64,000 bases of DNA from contig CM121342.1 in the NCBI GenBank assembly GCA_051530055.1, forward strand, positions 6,613,749-6,677,748, given 5' to 3'. Origin of the DNA: Neoechinorhynchus agilis. Lineage: Eukaryota > Animalia > Acanthocephala. Below the pieces are notes generated by a model, which was given only the letters and a program-made list of their open reading frames with translations, ran no database searches and had not been told where the DNA came from. Made by a program: the position numbers and the translations under genes. Below are positions 23,701 to 35,687 of this stretch, one piece after another (the first letter of the stretch is position 1; each line of letters starts with the position of its first letter).

Positions 23701-26097
23701 ACGGTAGCTCAAATATCGATCTAAAAAATCAATCGCTCTGACTGAACGCCGATTTGGACGGTTCTTTACGCGAAAAAACTTCAATTCTTTACTTAAAATC
23801 GGGATATTGGCTACCAAATCGTTTCTGACTTACAAAAAATCGAGAGAAATGATTAAATTTGATCTTTTGAACTTACGCCGCGAAAAGGTAGCTCAAATAT
23901 CGATCTAAAAAATCAATCGCTCTGACTGAACGCCGATTTGGACGGTTCTCTACGCGAAAAAACTTCAATTCTTTACTTAAAATCGGGATATTGGCTACCA
24001 AATCGTTTCTGACTTACAAAAAATCGAGAGAAATGATTAAATTTGATCTTTTGAACTTACGCCGCGAAAAGGTAGCTCAAACATCGATCTAAAAAATCAG
24101 TCGCTCTGACTTAACGCCGATTTGGACGGTTCTTTACGCGAAAAAACTTCAATTCTTTACTTAAAATCGGGATATTGGCTACCAAATCGTTTCTGACTGA
24201 AAAAAATCGAGAGAAATGATTAAATTTGACCTTTTGAACTTACGCCGCGAAGGTAGCTCAAATATCGATCTAAAAAATCAATCGCTCTGATTGAACGCAG
24301 ATTTAGACGGTTTTTTACGCGAAAAACTTCAATTCTTTACTAAAAATCGGGAGATTGGCTACCAAATCGTTTCTGACTTACAAAAAATCGAGAGAAATGA
24401 TTAAATTTGATCTTTTGAACTTACGCCGCGAAACGGTAGCTCAAACATCGATCTAAAAAATCAATCGCTCTGACTGAACGCCGATTTGGACGGTTCTTTA
24501 CGCGAAAAAACTTCAATTCTTTACTTAAAATCGGGATATTGGCTACCAAATCGTTTCTGACTCAAAAAATCGAGAGAAATGATTAAATTTGATCTTTTGA
24601 ACTTACGCCGCGAAAAGGTAGCTCAAATATCGATCTAAAAAATCAATCGCTCTGACTGAACGCCGATTTGGACGGTTCTTTACGCGAAAAAACTTCAATT
24701 CTTTACTTAAAATCGGGATATTGGCTACCAAATCGTTTCTGACTGAAAAAAATCGAGAGAAATGATTAAATTTGATCTTTTGAACTTACGCCGCGAAGGT
24801 AGCTCAAATATCGATCTAAAAAATCAATCGCTCTGACTGAACGCCGATTTGGACGGTTCTTTACGCGAAAAAACTTCAATTCTTTACTTAAAATCGGGAT
24901 ATTGGCTACCAAATCGTTTCTGACTTACAAAAAATCGAGAGAAATGATTAAATTTGATCTTTTGAACTTACGCCGCGAAAAGGTAGCTCAAATATCGATC
25001 TAAAAAATCAATCGCTCTGATTGAACGCCGATTTGGACGGTTCTTTACGCGAAAAAACTTCAATTCTTTACTTAAAATCGGGATATTGGCTACCAAATCG
25101 TTTCTGACTTACAAAAAATCGAGAGAAATGATTAAATTTGATCTTTTGAACTTACGCCGCGAAACGGTAGCTCAAATATCGATCTAAAAAATCAATCGCT
25201 CTGATTGAACGCCGATTTGGACGGTTCTTTACGCGAAAAAACTTCAATTCTTTACTTAAAATCGGGATATTGGCTACCAAATCGTTTCTGACTTACAAAA
25301 AATCGAGAGAAATGATTAAATTTGATCTTTTGAACTTACGCCGCGAAACGGTAGCTCAAATATCGATCTAAAAAATCAATCGCTCTGATTGAACGCCGAT
25401 TTGGACGGTTCTTTACGCGAAAAAACTTCAATTCTTTACTTAAAATCGGGATATTGGCTACCAAATCGTTTCTGACTGAAAAAAATCGAGAGAAATGATT
25501 AAATTTGATCTTTTGAACTTACGCCGCGAAAAGGTAGCTCAAATATCGATCTAAAAAATCAATCGCTCTGATTGAACGCCGATTTGGACGGTTCTCTACG
25601 CGAAAAAACTTCAATTCTTTACTTAAAATCGGGATATTGGCTACCAAATCGTTTCTGACTGAAAAAAATCGAGAGAAATGATTAAATTTGATCTTTTGAA
25701 CTTACGCCGCGAAACGGTAGCTCAAATATCGATCTAAAAAATCAATCGCTCTGATTGAACGCCGATTTGGACGGTTCTCTACGCGAAAAAACTTCAATTC
25801 TTTACTTAAAATCGGGATATTGGCTACCAAATCGTTTCTGACTGAAAAAAATCGAGAGAAATGATTAAATTTGATCTTTTGAACTTACGCCGCGAAAAGG
25901 TAGCTCAAATATCGATCTAAAAAATCAATCGCTCTGATTGAACGCCGATTTGGACGGTTCTCTACGCGAAAAAACTTGAATTCTTTACTTAAAATCGGGA
26001 TATTGGCTACCAAATCGTTTCTGACTTACAAAAAATCGAGAGAAATGATTAAATTTGATCTTTTGAACTCACGGAGGCTGCGGAGCGAAGTTAACAT
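20749..26097 (-). CDS. Seryl-tRNA synthetase-like mitochondrial paralog (SLIMP-like). Body 22076-21405 plus 21370-20749; candidate ATG exon 26097-26073 (alternative in-frame ATG at 22063)
   Basis: SerRS/SLIMP-like layout: PQFDF..L, a coiled-coil arm, LPNRLCSFTP, PSLIRKSIAK, LAGHGSLLSFYA, LPCLFIS.RR.Y, GDYISRRL, with canonical class II motifs degenerate. A 34-nt GT-AG intron (21404-21371) joins the two ORFs in frame (...FILSTVNRLADM...). Confidence 0.7.
22077..26072 (-). repeat. Satellite of ~183 bp units: 22 GT...AG intron-like segments separated by 21 spacers of 28 nt (17) or 26 nt (4)
   Basis: On the minus strand each unit reads gtaagttcaaaagatc...gcgattgattttttag|ATCGATATTTGAGCTACCTTTTCGCGGC. 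The array starts with gtgagt at 26072 and ends with tttttag at 22077. Confidence 0.95.
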
Positions 26098-26629
26098 GGC
26101 CTAAATTAACTCACTGATTTGGTTCATTCGAAACATTGAGCGAAAAGGAAGTCTTTTAAAGAAGATTTTTACGGCACTCTATTTAATTCGGAAAGAAAAG
26201 CGATCTCGCATTCCAGGAATATCGATCAAAATTTAGCGATATTTGCGACTAAAGAAGGTTTTTAGTCGATAAAAATGATGTTTTAATTTAAATTCGGGAA
26301 ACTCCTTAGTTTAAACTGTTTTTTTAATACGAAATGTTTAAAGTTTTTGCATCTTTTATCGTAGATTTTTATTTATTGGTTTAAGCTTTTAAATTTGAAG
26401 ACGAAGAAATGCAAAATTCATATCTCTTTTATTTTTGGAAAAACGATCGTAATTGGCTCGTAAAAATAATTGATCAATAATCCTTATTCCCATTTTAATT
26501 GATTTTTTAAAGCTTTAAAAGTATTGCAGGATATCGTTCGGTTGTTTTCGGAAATCGAAGACATCCACTAAAATTTTGCCGGCGTTAATTTGCCCGAAAC
26601 AGAAACTTTCATTGCTGAACCTTTAATTG

Positions 26630-28292
26630 AACAGAAAGTCTAAGGAAAACGCTTTATTTGAGATGTTTGGATATTATAATCCCCGGATATAAAATATTTT
26701 ATTGAAATATTTCTCGAGGACGGTTCGTCCCCCAATCAGTCAATTTGAAAAGGTTTTTGAACTGGAATGAAGCTCTCTCAGAAACTTTTTAAGTGTTCAA
26801 TTAACAGAAAGTTCAACGAAAACGCTTTATTTGAGATGTTTGGTGATTATAATCCCCGGATATAAAATATTTTATTGAAATATTTCTCGAGGACGCTTCG
26901 TCCCCCGAATTAGTCAATTTGAAAAGGTTTTAGAACTGGAATGAAGCTCTCTCAAAAACTTTTTGAGTGTTCAATAACAGAAGTTCACGAAACCTTTATT
27001 TGAGATGTTTGGTGATTATAATCCCCGGATATAAAATATTTTATTGAAATATTTCTCGAGGACGTTCCCCCCAATAGTCAATATAAAAAGGTTTTTGAAC
27101 TGGAATGAAGCTCTCTCAGAAACTTTTTAAGTGTTCAATGAACAGAAAGTTCAACGAAACGCTTTATTTGAGATGTTTGGTGATTATAATCCCCGGATAT
27201 AAAATATTTTATTGAAATATTTCTCGAGGACGCTTCCCCCCAATTAGTCAATTAAAAGGTTTTTGAACTGGAATGAAGCTCTTAGAAACTTTTTGTGTTC
27301 AATGAACAGAAAGTTCAACGAAACGCTTTATTTGAGATGTTTGGTGATTATAATCCCGGATATAAAATATTTTATTGAAATATTTCTCGAGGACGGTTCG
27401 TGCCCCAATCAGTCAATATGAAAAGGTTTTTGAACTGGAATGAAGCTCTCTCAGAAACTTTTTTGTGTTCAATGAACAGAAAGTTCAACGAAAACGCTTT
27501 ATTTGAGATGTTTGGTGATTATAATCCCCGGATATAAAATATTTTATTGAAATATTTCTCGAGGACGCTTCGTCCCCCAATCAGTCAATATAAAAAGGTT
27601 TTTGAACTGGAATGAAGCTCTCTCAGAAACTTTTAAGTGTTCAATGAACAGAAAGTTCAACGAAACGCTTTATTTGAGATGTTTGGTGATTATAATCCCC
27701 GGATATAAAATATTTTATTGAAATATTTCTCGAGGACGCTTCGTCCCCCGAATTAGTCAATTTGAAAAGGTTTTAGAACTGGAATGAAGCTCTCTCAAAA
27801 ACTTTTTGAGTGTTCAATTAACAGAAAGTTCCACGAAAACGCTTTATTTGAGATGTTTGGTGATTATAATCCCCGGATATAAAATTTTTTATTGAAATAT
27901 TTCTCGAGGACGCTTAACCCCCCGAATTAGTCAATATAAAAAGGTTTTTGAACTAGAATGAAGCTCTTTTAGAAACATTTTAAGTGTTCAATGAACAGAA
28001 AGTTCAACGAAAACGCTTTATTTGAGATGTTTGGTGATCATAATCCCCGGATATAAAATTTTTTATTGAAATATTTCTCGAGGACGGTTCGTGCCCCAAT
28101 CAGTCAATATAAAAGGTTTTTGAACTGAATGAAGCTCTTTTAGAAACATTTTAAGTGTTCAATGAACAGAAAGTTCAACGAAACGCTTTATTTGAGATGT
28201 TTGGTGATCATAATCCCCGGATATAAAATATTTTATTGAAATATTTCACGAGGACGGTTCGTCCCCTAATTAGTCAATTTGAAAAGGTTTTG
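26630..28292. repeat. Satellite, ~165-173 bp unit, ~10 copies
   Basis: AACAGAAAGT...GAGATGTTTGGTGATTATAATCCCCGGATATAAAAT recurs at 26630, 26803, 26976, 27141 and onward. Confidence 0.95.
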
Positions 28293-29436
28293 GTTATTTT
28301 ATATTGACTGATTCCCAAAAATTATAATCACCAGAACTGCAACTTCTTAAATCCGAATAAGTTTTTCTTGATGATTAGATTATTAGTTCTGAAATCTTAC
28401 AGAGTTTTCGAAAACGGGGGATACATTCAACTTGATTTTTTCAAAATGTTCTTCACTTCACTAACGGAATATTATTGTCTCTGGGAACCATCTCGTAAGA
28501 GTCACTTTATGGCACACAAATGGCTACTTTTTTAGATTCCCAAATAAAGCGCATCCAGAAGTTTGCAGAAAAATGGTTCGGATATATAACGCTCCTTGAA
28601 ATGATCAATTATCAATTCGCCTTTCATCGTCTTTGATTTTCATCGCCAAATAGCACCGAATCGTTTTAATAACGCATTCGGTAAACATTATTCGGTACAA
28701 AATATATTTTATTGATTTCAAATATTTCATGGGTACCTTAAATACTTAGAAACAATTACTGATGTCCAATTCTACCACCCGAATATTTTTCCTCATATAT
28801 TTAAATTTTTGAGAATTATAATTCCTGCGAAAACAGAAAAATAGAACCTATAGACGAATCTTCATCGAAATTAATTCTGAATAATAATGGAAATTAGGGA
28901 AATATATTCTAATTTTTTGGTGAATCAAATTCAAATTTCCGAAATTTTATATTAATTGGCCACATTATAAAGATATTTATACTTACCGAGATTGCGGATC
29001 ACTGGGCAGTACTGCAACGATCGCAACTATTGGACTTTATATAATCGTCGGTTGCACCAGCGATAGCCGTGCAGTAGATTAGGAATAAAGCATCAGACGG
29101 ATTTCCTCTTTCGAATGGAGACAAATAAGAATTTCAAAATTATGGGGTTATTCTCCTTCCCAGACAATCGTACATTTCCTCAAATTTAGGAAGCTTTTTG
29201 AGCTAATGACTTTTTCAGAGAACTTTTCGTTTGCAAAGCCGATTACTTGAACACTTTTGATTGAACGCATTTTAAAAGTATAAAACATGAAGACGTTCTT
29301 GAGCGAAAAACAAAGAATTAATCAGTTAAACTCAAAAACTTTTTAGGTCAAGTTTTTATTCGATAAAAATTCAGAAAATATGATTATTGTGAATACGGAA
29401 ATAGTTTAGTTTTAAGGAATTGCACTAAAAATGAAC

Positions 29437-29584
29437 CGATAGGAGAAAAATGAAATTAAGATTTTATTGGATATTTCGATCGACTATCTCGGATCGTCTT
29501 CAGCGATTGTTTTTGATGTAGATACCTCGTGAGTATCTCGATCGAAATATCCAATAAAATCTTAATTTCATTTTTATCCTATCG
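29437..29584. mobile_element. Hairpin / MITE with ~47-bp near-perfect inverted arms
   Basis: CGATAGGAGAAAAATGAAATTAAGATTTTATTGGATATTTCGATCGA pairs with TCGATCGAAATATCCAATAAAATCTTAATTTCATTTTTATCCTATCG; a related sequence lies at 6487. Confidence 0.7.
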
Positions 29585-29993
29585 ACAAACTCTTAAAACA
29601 TTATTTTAAGTGTCATTGAGAATTCCACATTAAACTTTTTCCTATTGGCTACTTTCTAACGGAAAAACATTATGATTCGTTAATCAAATCAAGGCGAGAT
29701 TTGTTTTCATAGGCATAAATGAATGCCGAAATTGGCCGACTAGACATTTACGATTTTTTGTGAATGAATAATTTACATCCAAGCGTCTATTAATGTGAGT
29801 AGTTACAGCTGATCATTAATCAACTTCATAAAAGCGCTTTTCTTGTTGAAATACGGTGCAAGAACTCAATTTGCATCCACATTGCGCCTTTTCTTTGGTC
29901 TTAGTTCCGCTTTTACGATGTTTCTTGGATGTGGGCGAAAATTGCATTTTTCTATGAGCTTTGGAGTGTTTTCATTAACTTGAAAATAGATCT

Positions 29994-30181
29994 TGTGTGA
30001 GTGGAAAACGGATGCTTTTACGATTCCTCCGAAAAAGTAGTGAAATCAGTGATGAGAAAATAACTCTATTGAATTTGAAGAAATCCACGTCTTTTAGAAG
30101 TCTTTATTCGCGGTAAATAGCTTTTTTTCTTCGATTAAAAACGTTCTACGAACCTCGTCGGCTATTAAGAGACGCTCAAAA
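29994..30181 (+). repeat. Second copy of the dispersed ~190-bp repeat at 10066-10255
   Basis: Near-identical sequence with few substitutions. Confidence 0.9.
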
Positions 30182-30186
30182 CGTTT

Positions 30187-30910
30187 TTAATTTAAAAAAA
30201 AAGTTCTTCTAATCCTTATTTTCAAATTTGAGTTATAATTTGGAACGCTCAACGTTCCAATTTGAACGCCGCAGTCGAGGATCAAACATTCCAAACCATA
30301 TAAGAATAATTGGCTGCATTTGGTCTTTGTTGTTGCGACCAACGATTTTTCAATCTTAGCCAAAAAAATTCTGCGACGTTTGATCCAACGGCACAAATTG
30401 TCTCTCAATGGCGGGAGGTTTGCGGTATTCACGTGAAGAAATGGCGTATTCAGTCTCGTTTTATGATTTAAAGATTAATAAGTCTCTTAAAGGTAAGGTT
30501 ATCGGTGTGGAAATGCGACAACACTTCTTGTGCCAAAGGTTTAAAAAGTTTATTTTCAATCCTTAATTTAGAACACGGCTACCATTTTTCCTTTTAATCT
30601 GAAACCACCACAATAAACAGCAATTTTTTCATTAAAGTAAACAAACAATGAGTCGATAGTCAAAATAGAAGATAAGGGTTAATTTTTTTGAGGTTTTCCT
30701 ATTATCTTTTGATTCCCACGATATTTTGTGTAGATTTAAAAAATAAAAGTAATGGAGAATAAGCGTTCGTCACAAATCCATTGCTGATTAAATCTGTCTG
30801 CCGTACGAAGCCACTCCTCCATTTCGCTAATGATTTTATCTTGCCTGAAGCGGAATAGTGGAGAACGCCTGACGGAATATTTCAGATGGTGGTTTAGGAG
30901 TCGTTCGCAT
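30187..30910 (-). pseudogene. Possible decayed Mutator-like (MULE) transposase fragments
   Basis: Minus-strand peptides MRTTPKPPSEIFRQAFS (from 30910) and NTANLPPLRDNLCRWIKRRR (from 30432) occur in the order expected from the recalled T..PP.QI...LP....L.R.IRR.R segment of invertebrate MULE transposases. Both are interrupted by stops. Confidence 0.3.
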
Positions 30911-31134
30911 TTTTTTTCTAATTTTCATTAAAATAAGGAAGTTTTGTTAAACCAACATAATTTTTTCAGGTTTAGTTATTAAATTTTGAGTAGAAATGCT
31001 TTTTACGCACAATGTTCATCGCAAGTGCCGAAGAGATTCTTCAACCTGTCGCGAAATGGCACATTGTCTGCCTTCCTTGACGTCTGTTGCACTATCTCAA
31101 CTGTGAAAAATAATCGTCCAGAGGAGATTTATAC

Positions 31135-32030
31135 GACGAGTGCGGCGGTTTTATACTCAAATTCGCTATTATTGTTAAAGATTATCATTTGATGATTTAA
31201 TATTTAAAAAAAGGCGATTTTTCGCCATGTTTACCTTCTTTTTCGACACTCAGTCCGCTTTAACGTTCGTCCCATGGAAAATCCTTTTGAATGATGAAAT
31301 TTGAGGCGATGTACGATAGTGGGCGGTTTTATACTCAAATTCGCTATTATTGTTAAAATAATCATTTGATGATTTAATATTTAAAAAAGGCGATTTCTCG
31401 CCATGTTGACCTTCTTTTTCGACACTCAGTCCGCTTTAACGTTCGTCCCATGGAAAATCCTTTTGAATGATAGAAATTTGAGGCGATTGTTACGATGAGT
31501 GCGGCGGTTTTATACTCAAATTCGCTATTATTGTTAAAGATTAATCATTTGATGATTTAATATTTAAAAAAGGCGATTTTTCGCCATGTTGACCTTCTTT
31601 TTCGACACTCAGTCCGCTTTAACGTTCGTCCCATGGAAAATCCTTTTGAATGATAGAAATTTGAGGCGATTGTTACGATGAGTGCGGCGGTTTTATACTC
31701 AAATTCGCTATTATTGTTAAAGATTAATCATTTGATGATTTAATATTTAAAAAAAAGGCGATTTCTCGCCATGTTGACCTTCTTTTTCGACACTCCGTTG
31801 GCCTTAACGTTCGTCCCATGGAAAATCCTTTTGGATGATTGAAATTTGAGGCGATTGATACGATGAGTGCGGCGGTTTTATACTCAAATTCGCTATTATT
31901 GTTAAAGATTAATCATTTGATGATTTAATATTTAAAAAAAGGCGATTTTTCGCCATGTTGACCTTCTTTTTCGACACTCAGTCCGCTTTAACGTTCGTCC
32001 CATGGAAAATCCTTTTGAATGATAGAAATT
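31135..32030. repeat. Satellite, ~181 bp unit, ~5 copies
   Basis: GCGGCGGTTTTATACTCAAATTCGC recurs at ~31142, 31320, 31501, 31684 and 31869. Confidence 0.95.
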
Positions 32031-32425
32031 TTGTTTGAAAATACAGGATTCACTGAAGGATTTTCCCTCGATGATTACATCATTGGAGGTTTGTTATTGT
32101 AACACTCACACTTCTCTATAGGACAATATAGTCATAAGCAAAATAAACACTCGCAATAGCCTAGATGTTCCAAGTACATTTGTCCCCATGGTTCCAGTTT
32201 CGTTGACAATATAATAAACCCTTGAGGAATAATGGTTTCTCAGAGAACTCTGACAACATCGAAGACTCTTGTAGAAAACGCTCACAATTAAGTTGGGCTT
32301 AAAAGCACACTTTCTCATGCCATTGAGCCCACATCGCACCGTTTTAATTGCTAAACCTCAAATCGTTTCATTTTAAAGTTCCGTTTAAAGATTCAAATAT
32401 TATTTTTTCCTTTACAATTGTGGAT

Positions 32426-32535
32426 CTTTATTGTTAGAAAATATTTCGAAAGAGGAAACCTCGCGTGAATAAAACACTTTAATAATCACTAATGAAGCAA
32501 GGTTTCCTCTTTCGAAATATTTTCTTATAATAAAG
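32426..32535. other. Inverted repeat / hairpin, ~36-bp arms with a ~38-nt loop
   Basis: CTTTATTGTTAGAAAATATTTCGAAAGAGGAAACCT pairs with AGGTTTCCTCTTTCGAAATATTTTCTTATAATAAAG. Confidence 0.8.
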
Positions 32536-33499
32536 GAATCTTACACTATTTTTTTTAGTTTGATTCACACAAAATGGATTTTTTTACAAGCTTAAACGCC
32601 CGATTATTACAAGTTTTGTTAAACGCTAAAAAAGTTCATTAGGATTCAACACTTCTTAAAGTCTCTAGAGATGTTCCCAGTCTTAAATTACACTTACATC
32701 TTATGAAGATATTATTCAAACATTATGCCGAATAAATTTGCCTTGTTTAAGAACCATCCCATGAACTTCGCTTGATTTGATATTCTAAGTTTTAGACGCA
32801 GAGCGTTTTTCTAGATATCATCGCAAAATCTTTCCGCGATATCTAAAAGAGTGATGTCCTAATAATTAATGGGAAATTCTCTCCTTAGCGGTTGGGGGAG
32901 ATCCATTAAAACAGATATTTTGTTAGTCATTCGACTAAAATATCGGGAGAGATAATTTTATGTTACTTTCCACATTTCTCCTACTCTCTCTGTTGGGATT
33001 TGTAGATGTTTTCTTAATATGATATTCCGCATCGGAGTAATCCTCGTCGTTTTCCACATTAAAGTTCAATTCCCCATCGCCTTCCATATCTCAATTATGC
33101 CGTCTGAAGAGGCACGGCGGGAATGTTTCCACAATCATTCAACTGTGTCGACATTGAAGGCACTGCAAAAAAAGAAGACTTGAGAACACAAAGTTCCATT
33201 TAGTAACGAACGAATGGATAAAGTCACATCTTCATTCTAAAACGAGCTTTGACTCATTAATCCGAGCATGTACTCCAAAAACGCATTTTTTCTCTAAAAA
33301 AAGGAGACTCCCATTACATAACTGACAATTCCTTTTATCTTTTATAGACAATTAATACTTTTCTACTCCAGGACAGTTCTCGCTCTAAAGTAGCAGTAAT
33401 TTGTCTTTTAGACGCCCTTTTGAATTTCCGTCAATATCACAGGATGCGTGAATTTACGATTATTTTCATTCTTTAAATTTTCACATCTAACAAAAACCA

Positions 33500-35687
33500 A
33501 TGTCTTCTTTAATCAGGAAGTTAAAATGCCGTGTGATGCCAGTCGGAGTTTGTCCAGAAAAGGTTAGTATAGCAGCAGTCCTTCTCAATGTTTCAATGTG
33601 TAATCTTAAAAGGAAAACGAAACTGGCTTCGATTCACCCGCCCTAAAATCAATCAACAACATTCTTTCAAATGAAATTATTCTAAAGTTTGTAAACATTT
33701 TCTTTAACAGAAATCTTAAACTCCTTTTTTCGAACAGTATTATGTCTTACCTCGAACAAGAAGATCTTTGCAAATGCGCAATGGTTTGTAAATTGTGGCA
33801 TGATTTAGCCTACCAACCAACCAATTGGACTTCAATTGATCTAAGTGCTTATCGGGAAAAAGTCACCGTTGGTGTCTTTTCCGAATAGATGACAATTCTC
33901 ATCGATTTCAATTGTAGGGTAAAGTTCTCAAAAATCTGGTAAAACGATCTGCAGAATGCATGGAATGGATCGATATGGAGAATTGTATTTATATAAAAGA
34001 CGCCGATATCGGGTCGGTACAAGGGTTTCCTCGGATTTAATATTCAAAAAATACTACTCGTAGACATCTAACAAAAAGAAACACCAATCTGATGCATTTG
34101 AGCATTCGACAATGTCATAAACTATCCAATGTGTAAGTTCTAAAACCAAAAAAATTGTCATTTTATCATTTTAAACCAAAATCCGTTCTTTAGAATTCTT
34201 TGAGCTAAAATGGTAACGCAAAATGTAGAAATCTATTAATTTTATCGATCATTTTAACTACGAATTCTTAAAAGTGATTCATTTTCGTACGGATTTTGAT
34301 CGATTTAAGAGAATTGACCAGAAGTTTAAACCAAAATCCGCTCTTTAGAATTCTTTGAGCTAAAATGGTAACGCAAAATGTGGAAATCTATTAATTTTAT
34401 CGATCATTTTAACTACGAATTCTTAAAAGTGATTCATTTTCGTACGGATTTTGATCGATTTAAGAGAACTGACCAGAATTTTAAACCAAAATCCGTTCTT
34501 TAGAATTCTTTGAGCTAAAATGGTAACGCAAAATGTGGAAATCTATTAATTTTATCGATCATTTTAACTACGAATTCTTAAAAGTGATTCATTTTCGTAC
34601 GGATTTTGATCGATTTAAGAGAATTGACCAGAAGTTTAAACCAAAATCCGTTCTTTAGAATTCTTTGAGCTAAAATGGTAACGCAAAATGTAGAAATCTA
34701 TTAATTTTATCGATCATTTTAACTACGAATTCTTAAAAGTGATTCATTTTCGTACGGATTTTGATCGATTTAAGAGAACTGACCAGAATTTTAAACCAAA
34801 ATCCGTTCTATAGAAAACAAAAATGCGTTAAGCACAAAATGAATGGTGGAGTTTTATAATAAATATTAAAAAAAATTTAAAATTTGATCAGAGGACTCAC
34901 CATTTTGAACGAATTCTTTTTTAGTTCGATGATAGACATCGGTTTAAGATGTTCTCATTTGGTTTCATTGGACATATCATCATGCTCACTAATATCCGAT
35001 GACGGAATAAAAGCTATTTGGTACGATAAGACTTGTTTGTTGATTAAAGAATCTCTTCATCAGTCAAGGATGTCCTCGAATTCTTTTCCTCGACATATCC
35101 TGGTGCTACCTCATAACGGAAATCGGGTTTAAAATGATATTTGAAACACTTCGCGATTTAACTTCTATAAAAACCACCGGATGCAACAATGTATGGTGTT
35201 TTTCTTATTTATCATACAAAAAACTTCTTTACAAAAGTTGTCAGACAGTGCACTTTTGTCCGTTACATCTCCTTTGATCAATTTATGTCGAATCAATTTT
35301 AATCGATGTTTGGTAATTGATTTCTAAAATCCGATTTTATTCTACAAAATTGCGTGTAGGCACTAAGAGACGAAGGATTCAACCGAATGGTTTTATTCTG
35401 CAATAACCTCAGAAATCTAAAAATTTCAGGATGTACTTCTTTAACAGACGAAGCGGTCATTGCTATAGGAGACCATTGCCCAGAATTAAGGTATTTTCTG
35501 AAAATCGAAATTTTTGTTTTTTAATTTATAAATTAGACTATTCGAAGCATCCAATTGTCCTCTTATTTCTGATGCAGGAATCGTTCGACTTGTAAAGGTA
35601 TTAAAAACTTGAATTGTTGCTATTTTATCAATCGCATAACAGAAATGCCAACATCTTCAAAGGCTTGATCTTGAGGAATGCTTTATG
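33500..35687 (+). CDS. F-box/LRR protein of the FBXL2/FBXL20 type, many short exons; C-terminal exons not found
   Basis: Spliced F-box INNILSNEIILNIMSYLEQEDLCKCAMVCKLWHDLAYQPTNWTSIDL, then GKVLKNLVKRS..., CHKLSNVSMIDIGLRCSHLVSLDISSCSLISDDGI, LDISWCYLITEIG, LKISGCTSLTDEAVIAIGDHCPELR, EASNCPLISDAG and LDLEECFM, collinear with FBXL2/20. Confidence 0.85.
34171..34812. repeat. Satellite, 155 bp unit, ~4 copies, inside an FBXL intron
   Basis: AAACCAAAATCCG at 34173, 34328, 34483, 34638 and 34793. Confidence 0.95.

Noticed and set aside
28330-29990. Coding gene in the 28.3-30 kb interval
   Set aside because: Only short ORFs (<50 aa) interrupted by stops on both strands; a FAR1/WRKY-like Cys/His pattern near 29800-29950 was too weak to support.
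32100-33170. Minus-strand spliced gene starting MEGDGELNFNVEND...
   Set aside because: The candidate exons do not join in frame (stop immediately after the first junction) and no homology was recognisable.
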